Source: Patescibacteria group bacterium
GTDB taxonomy: Bacteria; Patescibacteriota; Patescibacteriia; XYB2-FULL-38-15
Length of the DNA: 64,000 nucleotides
Direction: 5' to 3'
Assembly: GCA_041650995.1 (NCBI GenBank)
Contig: JBAZJZ010000001.1
Span: 71,891-135,890, forward strand
Part shown: positions 9,029-18,628 of the stretch, piece by piece
Layout of the letters: every line of letters starts with the position of its first letter
How positions within the stretch are numbered: position 1 is the stretch's first letter
The notes under the pieces: generated by a model
What the model saw: the letters and a program-made list of their open reading frames with translations, nothing else
Told to the model about the DNA's origin: nothing
The model's database searches: none
Program-made: the position numbers and the translations under genes

Positions 9029-9598
9029 GTGATGGAGGAGAGGAAAGTCGGCTGGGGAGACCGGGTATTAAAACCGATCGTCAAGCGAATCCCATCCTGG
9101 ATCAAGCCCAATCACTTGACCTACGTTCGCGCTGCGATGGTTGCGCCCGTGGTCGCCTGCCTTTGGTATGGCTTGAACATTCTAGCGGTGGTTTTTCTTT
9201 CTGTAGCCGTGTTGCTGGACGCGTTGGACGGCGCCATGGCACGAATCCGAAATCACCAGACTTCAAATGGCGAGTGGCTCGACGCTTACGCTGACAAGCT
9301 GCTTATCGTTGGATTGCTTCTGAGCTATGGCTGGGATCACTTCCCGCCAGTGCTCATCTGGCTCGTCTTCACGGTTGAAATTGTCCTTTGCCTTGGCCGG
9401 CCAATTAAAATCCAGCTCGGCAAATCGGGCAAGGCCAACGTTTTCGGCAAGATCAAGATGTGGCTACAGAGCGCGGCTGTCATTGGACTTGCGGCGCATG
9501 CCGACTGGACGCTTGTCGTTGCCAACGTCGCTCTTTGGGCGGCGCTTGGTTTCGCCGCGTTGAGTCTCGCTGGCCACATTTGGGACATTGCCGCATGA
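9029..9598 (+). CDS. CDP-alcohol phosphatidyltransferase family protein
   Basis: DALDGAMAR-x8-G-x3-DAYADK matches the D-G-x2-A-R...G-x3-D-x3-D motif; multi-TM; GC content clearly higher than the flanking genes. Confidence 0.65.
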   Translation: MMEERKVGWGDRVLKPIVKRIPSWIKPNHLTYVRAAMVAPVVACLWYGLNILAVVFLSVAVLLDALDGAMARIRNHQTSNGEWLDAYADKLLIVGLLLSYGWDHFPPVLIWLVFTVEIVLCLGRPIKIQLGKSGKANVFGKIKMWLQSAAVIGLAAHADWTLVVANVALWAALGFAALSLAGHIWDIAA

Positions 9599-9748
9599 AG
9601 TCAGTTAGCCGCTGGGCAAGGAGAACCTGGGCGGTTCATCCCGTATTTTGTCCTCGGACAGGGTACGGGATTTTTTTATTTATTAATCTGTGGTAAAATA
9701 ACAATAAGAGAATTTAGCTAAATTCTATAATATTTAATTGAGAATTTT

Positions 9749-10060
9749 ATGGGCAAAAACACATTCATGAAGGGTGCGCTCCTCGGGGCCCTTATTGGCA
9801 CGGCTGTCGCACTTTTCACAACTAAAAAAACCGGTAAACAAAGGCAGGAAGAATTTAAAAAAGCGCACCCGGAACTTTCCGCTAAAATTTTAGAAGCGGT
9901 TGGAAAAATGAAAGTGATGAGTAAAGAAAAGTATGATGAAATTGTGGAAAAGGCGGTTATGGAATATGGCAAAAGAAAGAATTTGGCAAAGACCCAAGTT
10001 GCGGCAGTTATAAAAGATCTGAAGGCAAAGTGGAGCGACGTCAAAAAACAGTTGAAGTAA
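9749..10060 (+). CDS. YtxH-like small membrane-anchored protein
   Basis: 103 aa; N-terminal TM GALLGALIGTAVALF followed by K/E-rich helices, resembling the YtxH/DUF948 architecture. Confidence 0.4.
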   Translation: MGKNTFMKGALLGALIGTAVALFTTKKTGKQRQEEFKKAHPELSAKILEAVGKMKVMSKEKYDEIVEKAVMEYGKRKNLAKTQVAAVIKDLKAKWSDVKKQLK

Positions 10061-10218
10061 TTTTAAAAAGTAAGTCTGGGATTTAACCGGGCTTATTTTT
10101 TTATTTTTTTAATATTTTTAGCGGAAACAAACTTCCCCCTTGACTTCAGCGGGGATTGACAAAAATGGTAAAAAGATATAAGCTTTAAACATAAATTAGG
10201 CTAAAACAAAGCTTCATT

Positions 10219-11760
10219 TTGAATTTTCGGGAAATTTATTTTATGAAGATAAAAGATAAGACAAAGTATAGAATATTGGAAATTATTCCAGGCGCACTCG
10301 TCTGGGTTACTTTTATTTTGGCAATTTTACTTTCTTTCTGGAAGCCGCTTTGGGTAATTTATTTTGTCATAGTTTTTTGTATTTATTGGCTTTTTCGCGT
10401 GCTTTATTTTGTTTTCTACATGGCGATTTCTTGGCGGCGTTTTAAAAAAGACGTGGGAACAAACTGGCGGGAAAAAGTTCAAAAATTGCCAGACTGGCAG
10501 AATTATTATCATCTAATAGTTTTACCGACGTCCAAAGAACCGATTGAGGTTTTGCGTTCCACTTTTGAAAATTTGGAAAACTCACATTATGCTTTGGATA
10601 AAATGATTGTGGTTTTTTCCGGAGAAGAAAGAAATAAAGAAATTTTTTCGCAGAATGCTGAAATAATTAAAAAAGAATTCGGCGATAAATTTTATCAGTT
10701 GCTTATTACCATGCACCCGGATAATTTGGTTGGAGAAATCAAGGGTAAGGGGGCAAACGCGCACTGGGCTGGATTTAAAGCCAAGGAATTGATTGATGAA
10801 CTTAAAATTCCTTACGAAAAAATTGTTGTCTCTTATTTTGACAGCGATACCTGCGTACATCCAGAATACTTTGCTTGCTTGGCGTATAAATATATTACTC
10901 ATCCTAAACGTGAGCACGCGGCTTTTCAGCCGGTGGCGCTTTATAATAACAATATTTGGGACTCAATGTCTCTGATGCGCGTCGCGGCCTTTGGTACAAC
11001 CTTTTGGCTTTTAACTGAACTCGCGAAACCCGATAGACTTTTTACTTTTTCTTCGCACAGCATTGCCTTCAAGGCGCTTGTTGATGTTGATTTTTGGCAG
11101 AAAGATGTTGTGACCGACGACTCAAGAATTTTTTTGCAATGTTTCATCCGTTATGGCGGAGATTTTGAAGTGGTGCCGATGTATGTCCCTGTTTCCATGG
11201 ATACGGTTATGGCAGAAACGCCTTGGCGGAGCTTAGTTAATCTTTATAAACAGCAGCGGCGTTGGGCTTGGGGAGTGGAGCATTTTCCTTACATGGTTTG
11301 GCATTTTTCCCGCGGAACTTTAAAAACCGACAAGGGAGAAATTTCGGTTCCTAGAATTCCTTTTTGGAAAAGAGTTAAATATCTCTGGAATTTAGGAGAG
11401 GGAATGTATTCCTGGGCAACCGCGCCGATCTTGATGTTTGTTTTAAGTAAATTACCGCTTTGGGTCGGAAAAGATGAAATTGGAACGACGGCATTTTTTC
11501 AAACCGCACCTCTTGTTTTAAAGTGGCTTTTGACCGCGGCAATGCTGGGCATGGTTGTTTCGGCAATTTTATTTTTATTTTTATTGCCGCCTCGACCAAA
11601 AAACCAAAGCCCGTTTAAATTTGTCATTATGCTTGTGCAGTGGGCATTGCTTCCGGTGTCTTTAATTTTGTTTGGCGCAATTCCGGCTGTTGAAGCGCAG
11701 ACAAGATTGATGCTCGGAAAGTATTTGGGTTTTTGGGTAACGGAAAAAGCGAGAAAGTAA
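10219..11760 (+). CDS. multi-pass membrane processive family-2 glycosyltransferase (cellulose/chitin-synthase-like)
   Basis: 513 aa; DSD-type motif VVSYFDSDT, QQRRWAWG (Q-x2-RW) motif, several N- and C-terminal TM helices. Confidence 0.65.
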   Translation: MNFREIYFMKIKDKTKYRILEIIPGALVWVTFILAILLSFWKPLWVIYFVIVFCIYWLFRVLYFVFYMAISWRRFKKDVGTNWREKVQKLPDWQNYYHLIVLPTSKEPIEVLRSTFENLENSHYALDKMIVVFSGEERNKEIFSQNAEIIKKEFGDKFYQLLITMHPDNLVGEIKGKGANAHWAGFKAKELIDELKIPYEKIVVSYFDSDTCVHPEYFACLAYKYITHPKREHAAFQPVALYNNNIWDSMSLMRVAAFGTTFWLLTELAKPDRLFTFSSHSIAFKALVDVDFWQKDVVTDDSRIFLQCFIRYGGDFEVVPMYVPVSMDTVMAETPWRSLVNLYKQQRRWAWGVEHFPYMVWHFSRGTLKTDKGEISVPRIPFWKRVKYLWNLGEGMYSWATAPILMFVLSKLPLWVGKDEIGTTAFFQTAPLVLKWLLTAAMLGMVVSAILFLFLLPPRPKNQSPFKFVIMLVQWALLPVSLILFGAIPAVEAQTRLMLGKYLGFWVTEKARK

Positions 11761-11762
11761 TT

Positions 11763-12761
11763 ATGAAAGTTTCTATAAATTTAGTAACCTGGAACGGGAA
11801 AAAGTATTTACCACATTGCCTGGATTCGATTGCTAAACAAACTTTCCGCGATTTTTCATTATTTATTTTGGACAATGGTTCAACTGACGGCACAGTAGAA
11901 TATTTGAAAAATTCCTTATTGCCCGTTACCAACTGTCGACTGGAGTTTAATGAAGAAAATATCGGGTTTGCCGCCGGCCACAACCAGGCGATCCGCACGA
12001 CAGAGGGTGATTATGTTTTAATGTTGAATCAGGATATAATTTTGGAGCCAAATTTTTTGGAAGAAATAATTAAATTTTTAGATAATAATAAAGAGGTGGC
12101 GGCTGTAACAGGAAAACTTTTGTATTGGGATTTTGCCAATAACCAAAAAACAGATTTGATTGATTCTGTCGGCATAAAAATTTTTAAAAATCATCGGGCG
12201 ATTGAACTTGGGGCAGGGGAAATGGATTTGGAAGAATGGAGCGCGCCGCGGGAAGTGTTTGGTATATCTGGGGCAGCACCAGTTTATCGGAGGTCGGCTC
12301 TGAGCGAAGTGGCAATTAACGGTGAAATTTTTGATGAAGATTTTTTTAGTTATAAAGAAGATCTGGATCTTGCATATCGATTGCGGCTTGCCGGTTTTAA
12401 AGCGTGGTTAATACCCACGGCCAGAGGCTACCATGACAGATCCGCGAGGAGCATAGCTAAAACAGATTTTGCAGTAGTAAAAGCGCGAAAAAGTAAATCG
12501 TCTTTTGTTAATTATCACTCCTATAAAAATCATTTGTTTTTTCTTCTGAAAGATGTCCCGGTGGGAGTGTGGTGGCGCTACGGTTATCTAATAAAATGGT
12601 ATGAATTTAAAAAATTTATTTATCTTTTAATTTTTGAAACGAGAACACTTGGGAGTTTGGGGGAGTTTTTCAAGAAATTTTCCAGGATGTGGAAAAAAAG
12701 AAAATGGATTATGAAAAATAAAAAGGCGGATATGGCGGAAATAAAAAAATGGTTTTCTTAA
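11763..12761 (+). CDS. glycosyltransferase family 2 (rhamnosyltransferase-like)
   Basis: N-terminal GT-A fold: SINLVTWNGKKYLPHCLDSI...LDNGSTDGT ... DxD-type NQDIIL; start placed at the ATG at 11763 after the upstream stop. Confidence 0.75.
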   Translation: MKVSINLVTWNGKKYLPHCLDSIAKQTFRDFSLFILDNGSTDGTVEYLKNSLLPVTNCRLEFNEENIGFAAGHNQAIRTTEGDYVLMLNQDIILEPNFLEEIIKFLDNNKEVAAVTGKLLYWDFANNQKTDLIDSVGIKIFKNHRAIELGAGEMDLEEWSAPREVFGISGAAPVYRRSALSEVAINGEIFDEDFFSYKEDLDLAYRLRLAGFKAWLIPTARGYHDRSARSIAKTDFAVVKARKSKSSFVNYHSYKNHLFFLLKDVPVGVWWRYGYLIKWYEFKKFIYLLIFETRTLGSLGEFFKKFSRMWKKRKWIMKNKKADMAEIKKWFS

Positions 12762-12764
12762 AAT

Positions 12765-13571
12765 ATGGACTTATCAATCATCATTTTAAATTACAAAGCG
12801 CGAGGACTCCTAAAGGAATGTCTAAAGGGCATTGAAATGGTTCAGCCGAAATTGGATTATGAAATTATTGTGGTTGATAATGCCTCGGGCGATGGAACAG
12901 CCGCGATGATGCGCGAAAATTTTCCGGATATTAATTTTATCTCTTCGGAAGAAAATTTGGGGTATGCCAAGGGAAATAATTTGGGAATACAAAAGGCAAG
13001 CGGTCGTTATGTGATGATTATGAATCCGGATATTATTGTTTTTTCCGGTGTTCTTGAAAAATTAATCCAGTTTTTAGACGAGAGGCAGGACGTGGGAATT
13101 GTCGGACCGAAACTCTTAAATCCAGACAAATCATTGCAATATTCTTGTTATCGTTTTCCAGATTTTTGGGAACCGGTTTACCGCCGAACGCCGCTCGGCC
13201 GGTTTAATTTTGCTAAAAAGAAACTGGATCAATATTTTATGAAAGATTTTGATCATAATTCCGCGAAAGAAGTTGATTGGCTTTTAGGCGGTTGTCTTTT
13301 AATCCGGCGCAAGGCTCTGGAAGATGTTGGTTTTTTGGATGAAAGATATTTTGCTTATTTTGATGATGTTGATTTATGCAGAAGTATGTGGGAGAAAAAA
13401 TGGAAGGTGGTTTATGATCCAGAAATTTCCGTGATTCATTTCCATCGTCGCGAATCAGCCGAAGGAAATTGGTGGAGCGCAATTTTTAAAAAAGTTACAA
13501 GAATCCATTTGGCAAGCTGGCTGAAATATTTTAAAAAATGGGGGAGAAAAACAACAGCAACGGAAAGATAA
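12765..13571 (+). CDS. glycosyltransferase family 2
   Basis: LSIIILNYKARGLLKECL...VDNASGDGT...MNPDII GT2 signature. Confidence 0.75.
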   Translation: MDLSIIILNYKARGLLKECLKGIEMVQPKLDYEIIVVDNASGDGTAAMMRENFPDINFISSEENLGYAKGNNLGIQKASGRYVMIMNPDIIVFSGVLEKLIQFLDERQDVGIVGPKLLNPDKSLQYSCYRFPDFWEPVYRRTPLGRFNFAKKKLDQYFMKDFDHNSAKEVDWLLGGCLLIRRKALEDVGFLDERYFAYFDDVDLCRSMWEKKWKVVYDPEISVIHFHRRESAEGNWWSAIFKKVTRIHLASWLKYFKKWGRKTTATER

Positions 13572-13589
13572 AAAATAATTGTAAAATTT

Positions 13590-15587
13590 ATGAATTTTAG
13601 GGGGACCAATTTTTTGGATATTGTTCGTCCGGCCAGGGCGGAGCGGCGGCGGGCAATTTTGTTTATTAAAATTTTACTTTACTCTTTTGTTGCGGTAGTG
13701 GCCGTGAGTTTAATTTTAGTTGGTATTTATTTTGGAACCGCTCGCAAAGTTTACAGCTTGTCGGATCAAGGAAAACAAAATTTAGAATTGGCTTCAAATG
13801 AAATTTCTGCGTTGAATTTAGCAAAAGCTGGGATGTATTTAGCGGAGGCGGAAAGTAATTTTAGCGAAGCCGCGGGAAGCTTTAATAAATTAAAATTTTT
13901 GAGTAAAATTCCTTGGGTTGGAAATCAGTATGATGCCGCTTCGGGTTTGCTTCAGTCGGGAATCCAGACCTCGTCAGCTCTTCGCGATCTTGTAGGTGTG
14001 GCAGAAGAAATTATAAGTGTCATGGGAGACGCGGAAGCGTTGGTGCAGGGAATTCCATCAATTTCCAGCGAAACAAGTTTCGCGGAAATTAGCCCGGAAA
14101 AAAAGCGCGAGCTTTTACAAAAACTCTTTGAGTCGCCGCCACGCCTTCAGGGAGCAAAAGCAAAAATAGATTTGGCGTTGCTCGCGCTCGACCAAATTAA
14201 CGAAGATGATGTTGCGGGTCAGATTTTAAAAATTTTAGCGCCGGTGAGAGAAGCTTTGTTAAAAGTTCAAGGAATACTTGTTAAAGCAATTCCCGCGGCG
14301 GAAATTTTGCCAAAAATTGCCGGTTATCCGGAAGGTAAAACTTATCTTTTTCTTTTGCAAAATAGTGACGAACTCCGGCCGACAGGCGGATTTATTGGGA
14401 CTTACGGAATTGTAAAGGTAAAAGACGGCAATGTGGAAATATTTGATACGGACAATGTTTATGCTCTAGACGGGGCAGCGGCAAGCTATTTGCGAATTAC
14501 GCCTCCCGCTCCAATTATAAAATATTTAAGAGTTAATGCATGGTTTTTGCGCGACTCAAATTGGTCGCCGGATTTTCCGACCGCGGCGGCGCAAGCTGAA
14601 TGGTTTTATAAGGCCGAAGGCGGCAGGGAGAAAAAAATTGATGCCGTGATTGCTGTTACGCCGACTTTTATTGAAAATATTTTGCGCCAGATCGGCAATA
14701 TTGAAATGGACGGAGAAACTTTCACCCCGGAAAATTTGATGGATGTTCTTCAATATAAAGTGGAAAAAGAATATTATGAAAAAGGAATTCCGGAAATTCA
14801 AAGGAAAGACATCGTTGGTGATTTAGGAGAAAAGATTTTTGATCGTCTAACAAGTCTTCCGTCATCGCGTTGGTCAAGTCTTTTTAAAGTTGCCGACCAA
14901 GCCTTAATCGAAAAACATCTTCTTATTTGGAGTGAGGATCAAGAATTACAATCAATCATTGTCCGCGAAGGTTGGAGCGGAAAAATTTTGGAAACAAGCG
15001 GAGACTATCTCTCGGTTATTGATGCAAATTTAGCTGCCTACAAAACCGATGGTGTAATGGATAAAAAAATAAATTATTCTTTGTCAAATGATTCGTCGGG
15101 AAATCTTCGCGCTAAAGTAGAAATTAATTACAGAAACAACGGCTCATTCACTTGGAAAACTACGCGCTATAGAACTTACACTAGAATTTATGTTCCGGAA
15201 GGGAGTGTTTTAATTGGTGGCAGCGGCATGCTGGAGAATGATAAAATTTTTAATCCGTCTGGACGACCGGGAAAAATTGATGTTGGAGAGGAGGCGGGAA
15301 AAACTTATTTTGGCGCTTTCATTTCTATTGAACCGGGAAAAGAGGGAACACTAAGTTTTGAATACGCTTTGCCGGAAAAAATTAATGATCAAGTTAATCA
15401 GGGGCTGTATAAATTATTAGTTCAAAAACAATCCGGCACTATCGCTCATCCCTTGACTTTAAACCTTAATTTTGGTAAAAATATTAAACAAGCCAGTCCG
15501 GCGGAAGAGCAGAAAAATTGGGGAGATGCGGTATACAAATTACAGACTAATTTAAGAGAAGATAAAACAATTGAAGTCGGATTTTAA
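13590..15587 (+). CDS. large N-terminally membrane-anchored extracytoplasmic protein of unknown function (possibly DUF4012-like) within the envelope polysaccharide locus
   Basis: 665 aa; single TM near the N-terminus (ILLYSFVAVVAVSLILVGIYF), otherwise soluble; no catalytic motif recognised. Confidence 0.4.
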   Translation: MNFRGTNFLDIVRPARAERRRAILFIKILLYSFVAVVAVSLILVGIYFGTARKVYSLSDQGKQNLELASNEISALNLAKAGMYLAEAESNFSEAAGSFNKLKFLSKIPWVGNQYDAASGLLQSGIQTSSALRDLVGVAEEIISVMGDAEALVQGIPSISSETSFAEISPEKKRELLQKLFESPPRLQGAKAKIDLALLALDQINEDDVAGQILKILAPVREALLKVQGILVKAIPAAEILPKIAGYPEGKTYLFLLQNSDELRPTGGFIGTYGIVKVKDGNVEIFDTDNVYALDGAAASYLRITPPAPIIKYLRVNAWFLRDSNWSPDFPTAAAQAEWFYKAEGGREKKIDAVIAVTPTFIENILRQIGNIEMDGETFTPENLMDVLQYKVEKEYYEKGIPEIQRKDIVGDLGEKIFDRLTSLPSSRWSSLFKVADQALIEKHLLIWSEDQELQSIIVREGWSGKILETSGDYLSVIDANLAAYKTDGVMDKKINYSLSNDSSGNLRAKVEINYRNNGSFTWKTTRYRTYTRIYVPEGSVLIGGSGMLENDKIFNPSGRPGKIDVGEEAGKTYFGAFISIEPGKEGTLSFEYALPEKINDQVNQGLYKLLVQKQSGTIAHPLTLNLNFGKNIKQASPAEEQKNWGDAVYKLQTNLREDKTIEVGF

Positions 15588-15598
15588 ATAAGAGATTT

Positions 15599-16606
15599 AT
15601 GCTTCGTAAGAAAATCGGCATTGACCTTGGAACAACAAACGTCCTGGTTCATGTTCCAAGAAGGGGAATTATTATTAACGAGCCGTCGGTTGTCGCGCTT
15701 TCTGTTTCTGATAGAAAAATTTTGGCTGTTGGCCATGAAGCAAAAGAAATGCTCGGTCGCACCCCAGAGACGATTGTCGCGCGCCGTCCGCTGAAAGACG
15801 GCGTGATTGCCGATTACAAAACAACGGAGACCATGCTTAGATATTTTATTAATAAAGCTTTGGGTGGCATGCGACTTTTCCGCCCGGAAGTAATGGTGGC
15901 TGTACCAGCGGGAATTACCTCCACGGAAAAAAGAGCGGTAATTGACGCGACGATTACGGCCGGAGCCAAGGCGGCATATGTTATTAAAGAGCCGGTGGTA
16001 GCCGCGATCGGCGCTAATATTCCAATCGGCAGCGCCTCGGGCCACATGATTATTGATATCGGCGGCGGCACGTCGGAAATGGCCGTGATTTCTCTCGGCG
16101 GGATTGTTTCTTCCGCGTCAGTTCGAATTGGCGGAAATAAATTGGATATGGCTCTAGCTGAGTTTGTCCGCCGAAAATACGGTTTGGCCATTGGCGAGAG
16201 AACGGCCGAGCAAATTAAAATAGAAATTGGTTCAGCTCTGTATCTTGAAGATAAATTAAGAATGGAAGTGCGCGGCAGAGATATGATTACGGGTTTGCCG
16301 CGAACGATTATTGTTACTTCCGATGACGTGACTGATGCTTTGGGAAACGAGCTAGAAGGCATTATTGCCGCGGTTAAAGAAGTTTTATATAACACTCCGC
16401 CAGAACTTTCTGCCGACGTGATTGACAAGGGGATTGTTCTTTCCGGCGGGACAGCGCTTCTTAGAAATCTTGATCAATTAATTTCCCAGGCGACTGGAAT
16501 TCCTACTTACGTGGCAAATGATCCTTTGCTTTGCGTGGCAAAAGGAACAGGTATTGCCTTGGAAAATTTGGAATCTTACAAGAAGAGTATTTTGGCGACG
16601 AAGTAA
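15599..16606 (+). CDS. mreB: rod shape-determining protein MreB
   Basis: 335 aa; actin-fold motifs [44 protein letters not shown]. Confidence 0.9.
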   Translation: MLRKKIGIDLGTTNVLVHVPRRGIIINEPSVVALSVSDRKILAVGHEAKEMLGRTPETIVARRPLKDGVIADYKTTETMLRYFINKALGGMRLFRPEVMVAVPAGITSTEKRAVIDATITAGAKAAYVIKEPVVAAIGANIPIGSASGHMIIDIGGGTSEMAVISLGGIVSSASVRIGGNKLDMALAEFVRRKYGLAIGERTAEQIKIEIGSALYLEDKLRMEVRGRDMITGLPRTIIVTSDDVTDALGNELEGIIAAVKEVLYNTPPELSADVIDKGIVLSGGTALLRNLDQLISQATGIPTYVANDPLLCVAKGTGIALENLESYKKSILATK

Positions 16607-16621
16607 AAATAATATTTACAC

Positions 16622-17740
16622 ATGACGATTGGTATCGACGCCTCGCGCGCCAATAAAATCGAAAAAACCGGTACTGAGTGGTATTCTTATCATTTAATCC
16701 AGGAATTAAAAAAAATTACTGATCAAAAAGATCAGTTTATTTTGTATTCGCGGGAAAAATTGAGAAGTGAGTTGGGAGAATTGCCATCAAACTGGCAGAA
16801 CCGTGTTTTAAATTGGTCGCCCCAAAAATTATGGACGCAGGTGCGATTTTCCGCTGAAATGTGGCAGAGGCCGCCGGAGCTGCTTTTTGTTCCCGCCCAC
16901 ATTCTTCCAACGATTCGTCCGGAAAAAGTTGTGACAACTTGCCATGATGTCGCATTTCTCCGGTTGCCGCAAGTTTACGATTGGGCGGCTTTAAAATATC
17001 AGAAGTTAGCCGTGAAGTTTGCTATTCGCCACGCGACAAAAATTATTGCCGTTTCGGAATTTACAAAAAGTGAACTTGTAGAATTTTTTAAAATTTCTCC
17101 GGAGCGGATCGTAGTCGTGTCGAACGGTTACGACAGCGAACGGTATAAAATAATTGAGGATAGGGGAGAAGTGGAAAAAGTTTTAATAAAATATAATATT
17201 CGTGGCTCATACGTTTTATATACTGGCCGTTTGGAATTGAAAAAAAATATTCCAGGATTGATTGAGGCATTTAAAATTTTGAAAAAAAATTACAAACAGC
17301 CATTGAAATTAGTTTTGGTCGGCCAGCCGGGTTTTGGTTTTGAAAAAGTTACAAAAGCGATAATAGAAAATAATTTGTCCGATGAAATAATTATACCCGG
17401 CTGGGTGGGAAAAGACGATTTGCCATACTTAATGAACGGCGCGACAGCTTTTGTTTTTCCATCTCTTTACGAGGGTTTTGGCATTCCGGTTTTGGAAGCT
17501 ATGGCTTGTGGTACGCCGGTTGTTGCTTCTGGAATTCCCGCGCTTCGCGAGGTAGCGGGCGAGGCGGCGTATTTGGTTGACCCGTATTCCGTAGAAAATA
17601 TTGCCGAGGGGATGAATCGCGTTTTAACTGATGAACATTTACGAGAAGGTTTAAAAATCCGCGGGCTTCGGCGGGTAAAAGATTTTAGTTGGGAAAGGTG
17701 TGCGCGGGAAACGTGGAAAGTTTTAGAAAGTATAAAATAA
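16622..17740 (+). CDS. glycosyltransferase family 4 (GT-B, group 1)
   Basis: 372 aa; C-terminal EGFGIPVLEAMACGTPVVAS motif. Confidence 0.8.
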   Translation: MTIGIDASRANKIEKTGTEWYSYHLIQELKKITDQKDQFILYSREKLRSELGELPSNWQNRVLNWSPQKLWTQVRFSAEMWQRPPELLFVPAHILPTIRPEKVVTTCHDVAFLRLPQVYDWAALKYQKLAVKFAIRHATKIIAVSEFTKSELVEFFKISPERIVVVSNGYDSERYKIIEDRGEVEKVLIKYNIRGSYVLYTGRLELKKNIPGLIEAFKILKKNYKQPLKLVLVGQPGFGFEKVTKAIIENNLSDEIIIPGWVGKDDLPYLMNGATAFVFPSLYEGFGIPVLEAMACGTPVVASGIPALREVAGEAAYLVDPYSVENIAEGMNRVLTDEHLREGLKIRGLRRVKDFSWERCARETWKVLESIK

Positions 17741-17846
17741 AAAAAGAGAGGCCCGTCCGCAATTAGGATTTAGAGTCCTATTCGCAGGCAGACCTCAATG
17801 GGTGGGATAGAAGAGTCCCGAGAATCGAGACTCAGGCGGGAACGAA

Positions 17847-18101
17847 CTAGTAGAGATCGTCGGCGGGATCCTCGAGCTGCCCGCCGGTGGCGAGCAGTCG
17901 GATGTGGTCATCATCGCTGGCCCAGGCGATCGCGCGGTCGCGGTCGCGGGTCTGGCGCCAGACACCGTCGGGGTCCCTCTCCAGGTCGGCGGGGTCGTCC
18001 TCGCCGTCCTCACCACGCAGATCGGGCGGAAGCAGTTCGCGCAGTTCCTCGGACAGTTCGCCGCGGTTCAAGTCGCACTCCGCGAAACGTCGGCAAGCCA
18101 T
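17847..18101 (-). CDS. small acidic protein (about 84 aa) with high-GC, Actinobacteria-like codon usage; probable foreign gene or gene fragment
   Basis: MACRRFAECDLNRGELSEELRELLPPDLRGEDGEDDPADLERDPDG...; the three codon positions are strongly periodic (GC1 about 80%, GC2 about 50%, GC3 about 80%) in a genome that is otherwise about 38% GC; SD ggaaggagg sits 8 nt upstream. Confidence 0.4.
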   Translation of the reverse strand: MACRRFAECDLNRGELSEELRELLPPDLRGEDGEDDPADLERDPDGVWRQTRDRDRAIAWASDDDHIRLLATGGQLEDPADDLY

Positions 18102-18240
18102 TCTTCCCACTCCTCCTTCCCAACTCCGCTCGGATGAGCGAAGTGATGACCTCCTCCTGATAGCCATCCAGTTGCGTAGAAATTTTTTTCTAACCAACTG
18201 GATAATTATCAGGTTTATCCGCCGAAAAGGCGGGATTTTT

Positions 18241-18500
18241 AAAAAAAGTAGGGGCTTCAAGACTCGCGTCCATCCACCCCCTTGTCATCGCATTGCGCGA
18301 TATCTTCCCGTTACGGGAAGGGCATTCGGCTTTCCTCCCTCTGCTTGATGCGGGTGTCTGCCGCTGAATGTGGTCCAGAACACCCTGGTAGTGGCCTTGG
18401 CGGCTGCCAGCAGCGATAGCGTAATTTCGCCATCACCGTGGTCAGCGCCTTGGCCGTTTGCAATGCCTCATCGCCGTGACAGAGCTTCCCCACGTTCGGT
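18241..18500 (-). ncRNA. candidate structured ncRNA A (about 255 nt), GC-rich, identity unknown
   Basis: Minus-strand promoter TTGACA(17)TAAAGT from the 18529 palindrome; GC-rich body; ends with GGGG...CCCC hairpin plus U7 (plus-strand a7 at 18241-18247); a 74-aa ORF overlaps it, so a small protein cannot be excluded. Confidence 0.3.
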
Positions 18501-18528
18501 GCCTTTACTTTAACATATTTTAATAATT

Positions 18529-18548
18529 TTGTCAAGAGTTGTTGACAA
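18529..18548. promoter_or_regulatory. palindrome TTGTCAA-N6-TTGACAA (copy 1), providing a -35 TTGACA on both strands
   Basis: ttgtcaagagttgttgacaa; a perfect 7-bp inverted repeat with a 6-nt spacer; the identical motif recurs at 19868-19887. Confidence 0.55.
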
Positions 18549-18628
18549 AATATACAAAAAGCCCTAAGTTTATAGGGCTTTTCTTTATTCTTTATTTATG
18601 TTATGATAGGTGAATAATTAAATAAAAA

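Noticed and set aside
15584-16428. Minus-strand ORFs of 153 and 204 aa
   Set aside because: They lie entirely antisense within the clearly conserved mreB coding sequence.
17887-18348. Plus-strand ORFs (153, 120, 77 aa) in the high-GC island
   Set aside because: Their products are Ser/Arg/Pro-rich frames without periodicity. The minus-strand frame carries the strong GC1/GC3 coding signal.
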